Assembly (NCBI GenBank): GCA_964529745.1
Contig: CAZGZR010000002.1
Span: 1,682-65,681, forward strand
Source: an uncultured Candidatus Bathyarchaeia archaeon
GTDB lineage: Archaea > Thermoproteota > Bathyarchaeia > TCS64
Direction of reading: 5' to 3'
Length of the DNA: 64,000 nt
Both the position numbers and the translations under genes were made by a program. Position 1 is the stretch's first letter. Each line of letters starts with the position of its first letter. The notes beneath the pieces were generated by a model. The model ran no database searches, had not been told where the DNA came from, and saw nothing but the letters and a program-made list of their open reading frames with translations. Below, piece by piece: positions 1 through 9,238 of this stretch.

Positions 1-230
1 GCGAGGAGGACATCGAGCACGACGTGTTGTTGAACTGGCTGGGGCATTTTGGGTTGGAGTATCATCAGCTTCACGCGTCGGGGCATATGAGCAGGAGGGA
101 GCTGGGGGAGGCGGTGGGGTACGTGGGGCCTGGGACGGTGTACCCGGTTCACTGTGAGGAGCCTGGGTTGTTCAGGGAGTGTTATGGTTCGGTGACGCTG
201 CCCGAGATAGGTAAGGAGTACGTGGTCTAG
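1..230 (+). CDS. C-terminal fragment of a beta-CASP/MBL-fold ribonuclease (RNase J-like); gene starts upstream of the window
   Basis: Frame 3 is open from position 3 to the stop at 228-230. The motif LHASGHMSRRELGEAV resembles the HxSGHAsqeEL C-terminal motif of beta-CASP RNases. Confidence 0.5.
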   Translation, partial: EEDIEHDVLLNWLGHFGLEYHQLHASGHMSRRELGEAVGYVGPGTVYPVHCEEPGLFRECYGSVTLPEIGKEYVV

Positions 231-323
231 CCGGCTGGCGGCTCTTCCTCATAGTTGGTTACTCGCTATAAGCGTTTTTGAGGCTTGGTGTCGGGTCTGG
301 CGGCGGGTCTCGTGTTGTGTGGT

Positions 324-698
324 TTACTTGTAGCTGTGGCGATATTTTCCCAAGTCTATTATTCCGTCTGTCACGGTGACGCCTTCGTCTCTCAGCATCC
401 GTGTTTTTTCCTCGACGGCGCCCTCTGCACCTCCCCTGAAGCTGCCTATGGTTCCGTCGGATCTTATGACGCGGTGGCAGGGGATCTGGGGTCCGCAGGG
501 GTTGTTTCTCATGGTGGTGCCGACGGCTCGGCTGGCGTGGGGCGACCACCGCGGGTCTCTCCTGGCTAGCTCCTTGGCCAGGTCGCCGTAGGTGGTCACC
601 TTGCCTCTGGGGACCTCGGCCAGTACTCTGAGGATGGCCTGCTGGTAGGGGCCGAGTTTGGATAGTTTCTCTTCGTCCTGTGGGGTGATGTGGTACAT
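324..698 (-). CDS. ogt: Methylated-DNA--protein-cysteine methyltransferase (MGMT/Ogt C-terminal domain only)
   Basis: 124 aa with the PCHRV active-site motif and an HTH (TYGDLA...). It is the size of a stand-alone MGMT-C domain. Confidence 0.75.
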   Translation of the reverse strand: MYHITPQDEEKLSKLGPYQQAILRVLAEVPRGKVTTYGDLAKELARRDPRWSPHASRAVGTTMRNNPCGPQIPCHRVIRSDGTIGSFRGGAEGAVEEKTRMLRDEGVTVTDGIIDLGKYRHSYK

Positions 699-805
699 GT
701 CTGGTTGATGGGCGTTGATTCCTTTATTATTGTTATCTATTCGCCGTGGGTACGGGTGGGTGAAACTGCTCAGGTTCCGAGAGCCGAGGAACGGAAGTGG
801 TGTCT

Positions 806-1309
806 CTATTTTTTCCGATCCTCGTGGCCTCTTGGGGGCTCTCCGGTGAACACGTTGGCCCCGTGGACTGGGTTCCCGGAGAGTCTCCTGAAGGAGTTTA
901 TTTGACCAACGTGTGTCAGGGCGTCGGCTATGGGGCCGTTGATGATGTTCCAGAACGGGTGACCGTCGATGGTGATTTCGGTGAGCTCATCCGCATGCAT
1001 CTGCAGGGTCTCGTTTCTCAGGTAGAAGATCATTTCGAGGATCTGTTCCCGTATCTCATCTGCGTCCCCTGGTCTCTTGAAGACGTTGTCTGTGGCGGAT
1101 AGTATGACCCAGTTGACGAGGCCCCAGATGTGTCTGACTAGCTCCTCGATGCTCATGCAGTCCGGTCCTGGTCTGTACAGGTAGTCGGTTCGTCGCAGCC
1201 CTTCGGTGGCCCAGTAGAACCTGAACCCCAGCCCGTCCAGCAGGCGTGATAGGATTGTTCCCACGGATACTTCATCGGGGTACGCAGGAATTCTATGGTA
1301 TTTCTTCAT
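806..1309 (-). CDS. DinB/YfiT-like four-helix-bundle protein (putative metal-dependent hydrolase)
   Basis: ORF 806..1357. The likely ATG is at 1309 (MKKYHRIP). Composition and His-rich helices (HIWG, HADELT, THVGQ) resemble the DinB_2 family. Function is uncertain. Confidence 0.45.
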   Translation of the reverse strand: MKKYHRIPAYPDEVSVGTILSRLLDGLGFRFYWATEGLRRTDYLYRPGPDCMSIEELVRHIWGLVNWVILSATDNVFKRPGDADEIREQILEMIFYLRNETLQMHADELTEITIDGHPFWNIINGPIADALTHVGQINSFRRLSGNPVHGANVFTGEPPRGHEDRKK

Positions 1310-1650
1310 GAAGAATAATCTATCTCCCAGAATAAAACCCTGTTTTACTAGGTTCACTTGAAATACTGTCTTAGTGCTATTACCAAAATAGATGAAATCT
1401 CCAAAGAACTTAGCTTTTAACTTCCATTGTTCAGGTTCAAGAAACTGAAAATCATATGAGTATAACCCAGCTGGGTTGGTCCGAACCTTTATGATATAAT
1501 CCGTATTAGCCGGATTGGGTCTTACTGCTCCAATAGGGTACTACGCAAACTTGCTTAAGTATACACATCTTACAGAAGAACTACTTATTGGTTTGGCAAG
1601 TATGATTTTACTAACCTCTATATTTAAAAATAGTCTTCTTCCAATATTAT

Positions 1651-2205
1651 GTGGTTATGATATCGAATATTGAAGCAGTTATCCTTGGGCTAATTTCACA
1701 AGGAAGCAATTATGGTTACGCAATTGAGAAAGCAATTGATGTAAGCAATATTAGGGAATGGACAGAAGTTGCTTTTTCATCAATATATACTATATTAAGA
1801 AGAATGAAAAAGGATAACCTAATCACCAGTACTAGAGAGACAGTTAATGGCAGATCAAGAAACATTTATATCTTAACAGAAAAAGGGGAAGAAAAACTAA
1901 TCGAACGGCTGAGTTTCAATCTTTCAAATAAGGAAAAAGTCATCTCATCTTTTGATGTTACTATCGCAAATCTTGATAAGATTAGTAAAAATAACATAAT
2001 TGAAGGCCTCAAAAAATATGAAGACTCTATTAACCTACGAATAGAACGTTACTATGTTAGAAGAGATCAAATCGACACTAGAATAGTGGCCAAATACCCA
2101 GAAAAATTCTTTCTAAGAGCACTATGTGATAGACACGTATCCATGCTAGAAGCCGAAAAAGAGTGGCTAGCCAAATACTTAGAAGAAATAAGAGAAAAGA
2201 TGTAG
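1651..2205 (+). CDS. PadR-family transcriptional regulator (AT-rich gene)
   Basis: N-terminal winged helix with YGYAIEKAI...IYTILRRMKKDNLI...NIYILTEKGEE, typical of PadR. The gene sits in an AT-rich block 1300-2205. TATA-like tatatttaaaaata at 1618-1631. Confidence 0.7.
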   Translation: MVMISNIEAVILGLISQGSNYGYAIEKAIDVSNIREWTEVAFSSIYTILRRMKKDNLITSTRETVNGRSRNIYILTEKGEEKLIERLSFNLSNKEKVISSFDVTIANLDKISKNNIIEGLKKYEDSINLRIERYYVRRDQIDTRIVAKYPEKFFLRALCDRHVSMLEAEKEWLAKYLEEIREKM

Positions 2206-2206
2206 T

Positions 2207-3289
2207 CTACTGCGATTTACCTCTAGCAGATACGGGCCAAACTATCTCGACTTCTCCATCACGGACACCGTGATAGTGTTCATGAAGATCGATGGTCGTA
2301 TCGCAGTGGCTTGGGTATAGCTCTATTTTTTCTCCTAGTTTGAAGTTGATTTCCTTATTTTTGATGGTTAGTACGCCGTGTTCGTCACCTGCTGAGCTGT
2401 ATTCGACGCCCTCGTAACCTTTTACTATGGCTTGTCCGCTGTCAACTGAGGATTTCTTGGTTCCGCAGTCAACTATTACGCCACCTTCTATATTTGTACT
2501 CATGATAGTGGTCAGAACCGTTAGCGCTCTGTCAAACTCGGGTGCGCTTATGTGGTATTTCCAGTCCATCAGGACATAGGAGCCGGGTTGAACCTCTGTA
2601 CAGTGCATGTATTGTTGCTTGTATGTGCCTGTACCTGACCCTGATACAACGTCTATGTTTAACCCCGAGTCGATGAACGCTTCCTTGGTTTCAACTATTA
2701 ATTCGTTGCATTTTTCGATCGCTTCAAGTTTGTATTCCATGCCCTTGTACTGATCTAGAGTGTGTAAAATCCCATGATAACACTGGAACCCTAGTAGGTT
2801 CAATCCCTTCAACTTGTTAACCTGTGAAGCAAATGTTGATGCGATTTTACCAGGTTTAACTCCGCATCTGTTTTGGCCAACATTAACGTCTACAAGCACG
2901 TTTTGAGTAACATTGTTTTTCGCTGCCATCTTGGATATCGCCTCTGCGTTCTGTATATCATCGACGCATACAGTTAGCTCTGGTGCGTGTTTTCTGAGAG
3001 ACATCAGTCTCTTTATCTTGTAATCTCCGACGATCTCGTTTGTTATCAGAAGATCTGTTATCCCTGAGAGAATCAGAGTCTCTGCTTCTCCCAGTTTTTG
3101 ACAGCTTATCCCTTTCGCCCCTGATCTTATCTGTTTCCACGATATGAACGGACTTTTTGGAGTCTTATAATGGGGTCTGAAGTGTTTCCCTTTTTTGCCT
3201 CTGAAGAATGAAGCCATTGTCTCGATGTTTTTTTCCATTAGGTCTAAATCGACGATTAGCGCGGGTGTATCTATCTCTGAGATGTGCAT
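2207..3289 (-). CDS. PLP-dependent alanine-racemase-fold enzyme of the D-serine dehydratase/D-threonine aldolase (DSD1) family
   Basis: 360 aa. ALIVDLDLMEKN and FRPHYKTPK resemble the DSD1 PLP-lysine motif (RPHxKTHK). There is a C-terminal beta-domain. Confidence 0.6.
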   Translation of the reverse strand: MHISEIDTPALIVDLDLMEKNIETMASFFRGKKGKHFRPHYKTPKSPFISWKQIRSGAKGISCQKLGEAETLILSGITDLLITNEIVGDYKIKRLMSLRKHAPELTVCVDDIQNAEAISKMAAKNNVTQNVLVDVNVGQNRCGVKPGKIASTFASQVNKLKGLNLLGFQCYHGILHTLDQYKGMEYKLEAIEKCNELIVETKEAFIDSGLNIDVVSGSGTGTYKQQYMHCTEVQPGSYVLMDWKYHISAPEFDRALTVLTTIMSTNIEGGVIVDCGTKKSSVDSGQAIVKGYEGVEYSSAGDEHGVLTIKNKEINFKLGEKIELYPSHCDTTIDLHEHYHGVRDGEVEIVWPVSARGKSQ

Positions 3290-3358
3290 TTGATTTCAAA
3301 TAACAATGGAATAGTATATCAATATAATATTATCCGATGAAAATATCTTTTGTCATGT

Positions 3359-4708
3359 TTATATTAAGTCGCTATCTTTTAAAAGCCTTCTAAGAAGAAC
3401 GATATCTCCATCCGCTTGTTTACAGAGTTCACTGATCTTGGAGTAGCCGTGAACCTTCATAAGATCAGTGAGAAGGGGAATAATTGAGTTGACGTGTCTA
3501 TCGTTTTTCTTAAGGTTTACAGTGATACCGGAGATACAGAGGTCTACAAGGGTCTCAGCAGCGTTGGAAAGCATGGACATTGAATCAAGTATATTGAACA
3601 CGACAAGGCTCTCCCAGACATTAAGGTCCAACTCACCGTGATCCAACGCAGCCTCACAAGCGGCATGCTTCCCACACACCTGAAAGCATAACTGAATTAC
3701 GAACTCAGGAATCACTGGATTCACCTTTCCCGGCATAATAGAAGACCCCGGTTGAACCGGGGGAATAAAGATCTCCCCAACACCGGCTTCAGGTCCAGAA
3801 CTCAGCAAACGGATGTCTTTTGAAATCTTGATCAACCCTCTCGCCATCAAGTTGAGCGCTGAGGAGACGGCTATCATGTCATCCATGTTCTGGGCTGCGT
3901 CAAACAGGTTATCAGCTCGAACAAATTGAGGGCTTCCTGTTATGGTTCTTAGTTCTTCGATTACGAGGTTGAAGTAGTCTTCAGGCACAACATCAACGGT
4001 TCCTACAATCGTGCCACCCAGATTAACACGGTATAGTTCTGATAAAGGCGAGTTTATTCGATTGATCGCTCTTTCAACGAAACCTGCATATCCTGAAAAC
4101 AAGTTTTGATATGTAGTAACAACGGCGTCCTGAAGACAGGTTCTGCTCAGGCGTTTTTCGTGTTCATATTTATCTCCGATGAGAGACAAGGAATCAGCTA
4201 GGCGATTCAATAGAGGCTGAGTTGAATCCCATTGTTTGATTATCGCAAGGTGACAAGCAGTTGGTATCACATCGTTTGTGGACTGGTTCATGTTTACGTC
4301 ATCATTGGGCTTGAAATGGATGTAGTCTCCTTTGCGTCCACCAGTAGCCTCCTCTGCGATGTTAGCCAGAACCTCGTTGGCGTTCATGTTGCATGAGGTC
4401 CCGCCGCCTCCGTGCATCGTGTTGATGGGAAATTGACTATACATCTCGTCTTTGATAACTTTATCAACTGCGGTACAGATGGCTTCAGCCTTCCAACCTT
4501 CAAGGTGACCGGCAGCAGAATTAGCTAGTGCAGCAGCTTTCTTCACCATCAATAGGCTTCCGATGAAGACGGGGTATTCAGCTATCTGTTTCCCATTTTT
4601 TACCGGAAAGTTGTTGACGGCTCTCTGAGTCTGCGCCCCATAGTAGACATCTTCTGGTACCTGTATTTTTCCTAGTAGGTCTTCCTCTATCCTGTGTTTC
4701 AGCTTCAT
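3359..4708 (-). CDS. aspA: Aspartate ammonia-lyase (aspartase; class II fumarase/aspartase family)
   Basis: GAQTQRAVNNFPV at the N-terminus. The signature GSSIMPGKVNPVIPE is closer to the aspartase version than to the fumarase version (..NPTQCE). Confidence 0.8.
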   Translation of the reverse strand: MKLKHRIEEDLLGKIQVPEDVYYGAQTQRAVNNFPVKNGKQIAEYPVFIGSLLMVKKAAALANSAAGHLEGWKAEAICTAVDKVIKDEMYSQFPINTMHGGGGTSCNMNANEVLANIAEEATGGRKGDYIHFKPNDDVNMNQSTNDVIPTACHLAIIKQWDSTQPLLNRLADSLSLIGDKYEHEKRLSRTCLQDAVVTTYQNLFSGYAGFVERAINRINSPLSELYRVNLGGTIVGTVDVVPEDYFNLVIEELRTITGSPQFVRADNLFDAAQNMDDMIAVSSALNLMARGLIKISKDIRLLSSGPEAGVGEIFIPPVQPGSSIMPGKVNPVIPEFVIQLCFQVCGKHAACEAALDHGELDLNVWESLVVFNILDSMSMLSNAAETLVDLCISGITVNLKKNDRHVNSIIPLLTDLMKVHGYSKISELCKQADGDIVLLRRLLKDSDLI

Positions 4709-4754
4709 TTTTTTTCACCCTAGCTGAATATTGTTTGGCTTGAAGCTGGATTGG

Positions 4755-5636
4755 TCAAATATTTAATAATTTTTCAGGGTTGTCTTTCGTCATTACTTCT
4801 ATCTCTTTTTCAGTTATACCACGATCCAACATCTCCTTGATGAAAGCCATCATGGTATCAACTGGGGGAGGAAGCAGATCAGTCCCAGCATCAGTAGCCA
4901 ACACACACCTATCAGCCCCGATAGATTTGAACGCTTGAGCGATATCGTCCTTCTTTCTACTTGGATAACAATGCTCAATAATGGCCCCCATATCAGCCAT
5001 CTTGACTTGGTCCTCGACTGACCACCCAGTAGTCATGTGCTCAGCGTGGGTCACCAATATCTTCTTTACTCCACTTTTCTTAGCAGCTTCGATTAACGCG
5101 TAAATTTCTTCAAGCGATATGTGCCCAGTACCCAGAATCACGTCGAAATCAGAGATTATCCCTAGAATCTCCATGACTTCAGGCAAAATACCACGATATT
5201 CGTCTGTTATCTTGAGACCCTTCCATCCACTTCGCGGTCTCTCCATCTTTATGTCTGGTTTAAGGGTGGGCAGTCCTGGAAAACCGATCTTCTCAATATT
5301 GTGAGCGGCATGAAAGACAGGCATCCAAACTTCCTTGGCGCCCTTATTTACAGCCGCTTCCACGGCATCCGGGTTTAGACCACCTGTATAACTCCCGAGT
5401 ACAATGCTGCCGTGTGCCTCAAAATCTGGAATTACCTTTCTTACTATCTCGGCTTTCCCTGCGTTGCATCCGAGATGGTTTTTGAATAAAATTCCTTTAT
5501 ATCCATATTTTTTTGCTTGTTTTGAGATATCGTACTCGTCTCCTATTCTTTGATATAGACAGGGTCCTGAGTGTACGTGGAGGTCGATTATTCCCTGTGC
5601 GAGTTCTTTGAACCATTTTGGTTGATTATGCATCAT
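4755..5636 (-). CDS. Amidohydrolase-superfamily TIM-barrel metal-dependent hydrolase
   Basis: IDLHVHSGP HxH metal motif near the N-terminus, with later His/Asp ligands. The ORF extends to 5663 but the ATG at 5636 leaves the promoter palindromes intergenic. Confidence 0.55.
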   Translation of the reverse strand: MMHNQPKWFKELAQGIIDLHVHSGPCLYQRIGDEYDISKQAKKYGYKGILFKNHLGCNAGKAEIVRKVIPDFEAHGSIVLGSYTGGLNPDAVEAAVNKGAKEVWMPVFHAAHNIEKIGFPGLPTLKPDIKMERPRSGWKGLKITDEYRGILPEVMEILGIISDFDVILGTGHISLEEIYALIEAAKKSGVKKILVTHAEHMTTGWSVEDQVKMADMGAIIEHCYPSRKKDDIAQAFKSIGADRCVLATDAGTDLLPPPVDTMMAFIKEMLDRGITEKEIEVMTKDNPEKLLNI

Positions 5637-5648
5637 TTGGAAACATAC

Positions 5649-5673
5649 TAATATTATGAACATATAATATTAT
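5649..5673. promoter_or_regulatory. Divergent promoter region with TAATATTAT (5649-5657) and ATAATATTAT (5664-5673) between the amidohydrolase and asparaginase genes
   Basis: Palindromic motifs are positioned 13-40 bp upstream of both start codons. Confidence 0.5.
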
Positions 5674-5702
5674 CTGTTCAATATAATGTGGAGGTACAAA
5701 TA

Positions 5703-6686
5703 ATGACCAAGATCTTACTAATCACCACCGGAGGAACCATCTCAGGAGGCAAAAACCCGGAAACAGGCGGAGACATCCCCCTAGGAGGAGAAGCCCTACT
5801 CCAATTAATTCCGAATATCAAGGAAAAGTACAATGTCGAACACCTTGATTTCTGCCTGCTTCCTAGTCCCCAAATAACCCTCGAAATGGCGCTATCTTTA
5901 GCGAAGACGATAAATCAAAGATTCAAGAACGACACAGATTTATCAGGAATAGTCGTCACCCACGGCACAGATACCCTAGAAGAGACAGCGTTCCTGCTCT
6001 GGCTCACAGTCGATGATGAGAGACCGGTTGTCCTTACGGCGGCTCAGAGACCTCCCAAAGAAGACTCATCTGATGCCATTCGAAACCTCGGAAACGCCCT
6101 ACAAATAGCGGCGCAAAACAGATCAAAAGGAAAGGGCGTGATGGTGTGTCTCAACAACGAGATAAACTCGGCGAGATACGTCAGGAAAACTCATACATGG
6201 GCGCTCCAATCATTTTGCTCTGGAAGCTACGGGCTGATTGGCTACGTCGATAAAGATGACGTTATTTTCTATGAAAAACCCTTGAATCGCTTGACCCTTG
6301 AAGCAGATGCAATCGATCAGGACGTTGACTTGGTGAAAATCACCCAAGGCAACAATACACGATACTTGGAGGCCTCGATACGCGAAAAAGCATCAGGCAT
6401 CGTAATTGAGGCTTCGGGTCGTGGATTCGCGCCATCAGCTTGTCTGGACAAGCTTTACGAGGCGAGAAAAGAGGGTATCAGCGTCGTTATGGTCTCAAGA
6501 TGCTTTGAGGGAAGGGTAGACCTCAAAGACAAGCATATAGAGGTAGGAATAGTGAGTGGAGAGGATTTGGATGGTCTTAAAGCCAGAGTCTTGTTGAGTC
6601 TGTTGCTTCCTAAGACCCGAGACCCTGAGACGATTCAGAGTTATTTTGATCATCTGTCAGGCAAAAGGCCGCTGGAGTTGGTTTGA
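5703..6686 (+). CDS. L-asparaginase (type I)
   Basis: LLITTGGTISG signature (TGGTI), then VVTHGTDTLEETA. The in-frame GTG at 5688 is an alternative start. Confidence 0.8.
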   Translation: MTKILLITTGGTISGGKNPETGGDIPLGGEALLQLIPNIKEKYNVEHLDFCLLPSPQITLEMALSLAKTINQRFKNDTDLSGIVVTHGTDTLEETAFLLWLTVDDERPVVLTAAQRPPKEDSSDAIRNLGNALQIAAQNRSKGKGVMVCLNNEINSARYVRKTHTWALQSFCSGSYGLIGYVDKDDVIFYEKPLNRLTLEADAIDQDVDLVKITQGNNTRYLEASIREKASGIVIEASGRGFAPSACLDKLYEARKEGISVVMVSRCFEGRVDLKDKHIEVGIVSGEDLDGLKARVLLSLLLPKTRDPETIQSYFDHLSGKRPLELV

Positions 6687-7771
6687 TGGCGTCAGAGGTG
6701 TTTGAAAAGTATTCTCAGAGTATCAAGCTGAGTAAGGATCAAGAGGAACACGCAGCCGTACTGCATAATAATGCAATCATAGTCGATTCCTGTTCACTCT
6801 CATACACATTAGAGAGCAAATATCTTGAACAACTCAGGGAAGGCGGCGTGAAAGCAGCCATAGTTAGCGTCAACAAGGGAATAGCAGAGACGGCTCAGAA
6901 ACTCGTCGAGATAAAAGAACAGCAGGAGATAGTTGAGCTAGTAAGCAAGTTCCATAAACTAGAAGCATCTGTAAACTCGGGTAAGACAGCCGTATTCTTT
7001 GGCACGCAGAACTGTGAGGTAATCGAGAAGAACATCGATCTTCTTGAGGTATACTACAAGTTAGGATACCGTTCATTTGGTCCAACTTACTCGTTCGGTA
7101 ACCTACTGGGAGCAGGGTGCATAGAACGATACGATTATGGTTTGACGTATTTTGGTGTTGATGTCGTTGAGGAGATCAACAAGCTCAATTGTCTAGTGGA
7201 TGTCTCGCACTGTGGGGATATGGTAACAGATGAATCAATCTCCCTAGCCAAACTACCTGTAGCGACCCACGCCAACTCAAGAACTCTATCCAACTCTAAA
7301 CGTAACAAGAAAGATGGCCAAATACAGGCAATCGCTGAGAAAGATGGGGTCGTCGGTTGCGTTGCTGCCCCCAACTTCGTTGTTAAACCAGATCCCTTAG
7401 TGGCAAGAGTAAATCCTCCAATGATCAGTGATTATATCGATCACATCGATCACATATCCAACATGGTGGGCGTTGACCATGTGGGAATGGGCTTGGATTT
7501 CATAGCGAAATACCTGGACGCTGGTCTACAAGCGAACATCGCGTCAAACAAGAAAGACAAGTTTGGGATGTACCGTCAGAGAACCCTGCCTGAGCCCAGT
7601 AAACAGTTTGGCTCCTACGAGGACGCCATGACTATACCGTATGCTGTTCCCAGCGTCTTGAGGTTGATCGATGTCACTAGGGGGCTCGTTGAGCGTGGAT
7701 ACTCGGATGAGGAGTTCTTGAAGATTCTCGGCGGAAATTGGCTGAGGGTTTTCAAGAAAATCCTCGTTTAG
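6683..7771 (+). CDS. Membrane dipeptidase (peptidase family M19)
   Basis: HNNAIIVDS, DVSHCGD and HVGMGLDF motifs are typical of renal-dipeptidase-like M19 enzymes. It overlaps the asparaginase stop by 4 nt. Confidence 0.7.
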   Translation: MMASEVFEKYSQSIKLSKDQEEHAAVLHNNAIIVDSCSLSYTLESKYLEQLREGGVKAAIVSVNKGIAETAQKLVEIKEQQEIVELVSKFHKLEASVNSGKTAVFFGTQNCEVIEKNIDLLEVYYKLGYRSFGPTYSFGNLLGAGCIERYDYGLTYFGVDVVEEINKLNCLVDVSHCGDMVTDESISLAKLPVATHANSRTLSNSKRNKKDGQIQAIAEKDGVVGCVAAPNFVVKPDPLVARVNPPMISDYIDHIDHISNMVGVDHVGMGLDFIAKYLDAGLQANIASNKKDKFGMYRQRTLPEPSKQFGSYEDAMTIPYAVPSVLRLIDVTRGLVERGYSDEEFLKILGGNWLRVFKKILV

Positions 7772-7807
7772 CGATAATTCGAAGAGTCCAGACTATAATC
7801 TTATTTA

Positions 7808-7831
7808 ATAATATTTTACTGATATAATATT
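7808..7831. promoter_or_regulatory. gcvPA promoter: ATAATATT at about -27 (TATA-like) and a second copy at -11 to -4 overlapping the expected TSS
   Basis: Two copies 16 bp apart. The downstream copy ends 3 nt before the ATG at 7835. Confidence 0.45.
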
Positions 7832-7834
7832 GGT

Positions 7835-9238
7835 ATGAAGAGAGATGATTTCGTCCACCCATACATCCCAAACTCGGTACCCGAGATAAAACAGAAGATG
7901 TTGAACGAGGTGGGAGCAGCAGACGCCAATGAACTCTACAAGAAGATGATCCCAGAAAGACTTCTCCTGAAGACAGAGATGAACCTACCCGATCCATTAC
8001 CAGCGGAGTACGACCTCGCAAGACACGTCGAGAAGATATTATCAAAGAACAAGACATGCAGCCAGTATCTTAACTTCCGTGGAGCCGGTTGCTGGCAACA
8101 CTTCGTACCAGAGGTGTGCGACGTAATCATCAGCCGCTCAGAACTACTAACATCATACGCTGGTAACACCTACGCTGACGCTGGGCGACACCAGATACTA
8201 TTCGAGTTCCAAAGCCTGCTGGGGGAACTGGTAGACATGGACGTAGGATGCCTGCCTACCTATGACTGGGGATCAGCCGCTGGAAACGCCCTCAGAATGA
8301 CGACAAGAGCTACCAATAGAAACGAGGTTCTTGTCTCAAGGTCAACAAGCCCCTCTAGATTATCGATAATGAGTAACTACTGCGACTCGGTGGACGAAAA
8401 ACGACGAATACAAATTAGATTAATCGATTTCGGCGAAGACGGGACGCTTGATCTTGAAGACCTGAAAAACAAGATATCCAGCAATACAGCGGGAGTCTAC
8501 TTCGAGAACCCCTCCTTCCTTGGAACAATCGAGAAAGGATGCCATGCTATAACAGAGATAACCCACGATCAAAGAGCCATAGCTGTTGCTGGCGTCGATC
8601 CATCTTCACTGGGAATACTTGCTCCGCCAGGAGAATACGACGCTGATATCTGCTGTGGTGACGCCCAGCCACTCGGCATACACATGTACGCTGGTGGAGG
8701 CACTACAGGCTTCATCGCATCAAAAGATGATATGAGGATCGTTTCTGAGTATCCGGGGATACTCACAGGCATCTCGACAACAGATGTGCCGGGAACCTAT
8801 GGGTTTGGTTCATGTTTCTTTGATAGGACATCCTATAATGGTAGGGAGAATGCGAAGGACTGGGTTGGCACGTTGACGTCACTTTGGGCGATTGCCGGTG
8901 CAACTTATTTGTCGCTGATGGGTCCAGAGGGTATGAGGGAGCTCGGAGAAGCCATCCTGAATAAGTCTCATTACGCAGCCAAACTTTTTGGAGAAATACC
9001 TGGAGTAAACGTTCCCTATGCAAGCTTCTTCAAGGAGTTCCCTGTAAACTTCGATGGAACAGGGAGAACTGTTGCTCAGGTGAACAAGGAGCTTCTGAAA
9101 CACGAGATATTTGGAGGCGTAGACATCTCAAGAGACTTTCCTGAGTTAGGCCAAAGCGGACTTTACTGTGTAACTGAGACACATTCCAAGGAAGACCTAG
9201 ATCGATTAGTCGCTGTGCTCAGGGAGGTGCTCCAATGA
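7835..9238 (+). CDS. gcvPA: Glycine dehydrogenase (decarboxylating) subunit 1 (glycine cleavage P protein, N-terminal half)
   Basis: 467 aa. It ends with an ATGA overlap onto the next gene, a split P-protein arrangement. Confidence 0.85.
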   Translation: MKRDDFVHPYIPNSVPEIKQKMLNEVGAADANELYKKMIPERLLLKTEMNLPDPLPAEYDLARHVEKILSKNKTCSQYLNFRGAGCWQHFVPEVCDVIISRSELLTSYAGNTYADAGRHQILFEFQSLLGELVDMDVGCLPTYDWGSAAGNALRMTTRATNRNEVLVSRSTSPSRLSIMSNYCDSVDEKRRIQIRLIDFGEDGTLDLEDLKNKISSNTAGVYFENPSFLGTIEKGCHAITEITHDQRAIAVAGVDPSSLGILAPPGEYDADICCGDAQPLGIHMYAGGGTTGFIASKDDMRIVSEYPGILTGISTTDVPGTYGFGSCFFDRTSYNGRENAKDWVGTLTSLWAIAGATYLSLMGPEGMRELGEAILNKSHYAAKLFGEIPGVNVPYASFFKEFPVNFDGTGRTVAQVNKELLKHEIFGGVDISRDFPELGQSGLYCVTETHSKEDLDRLVAVLREVLQ

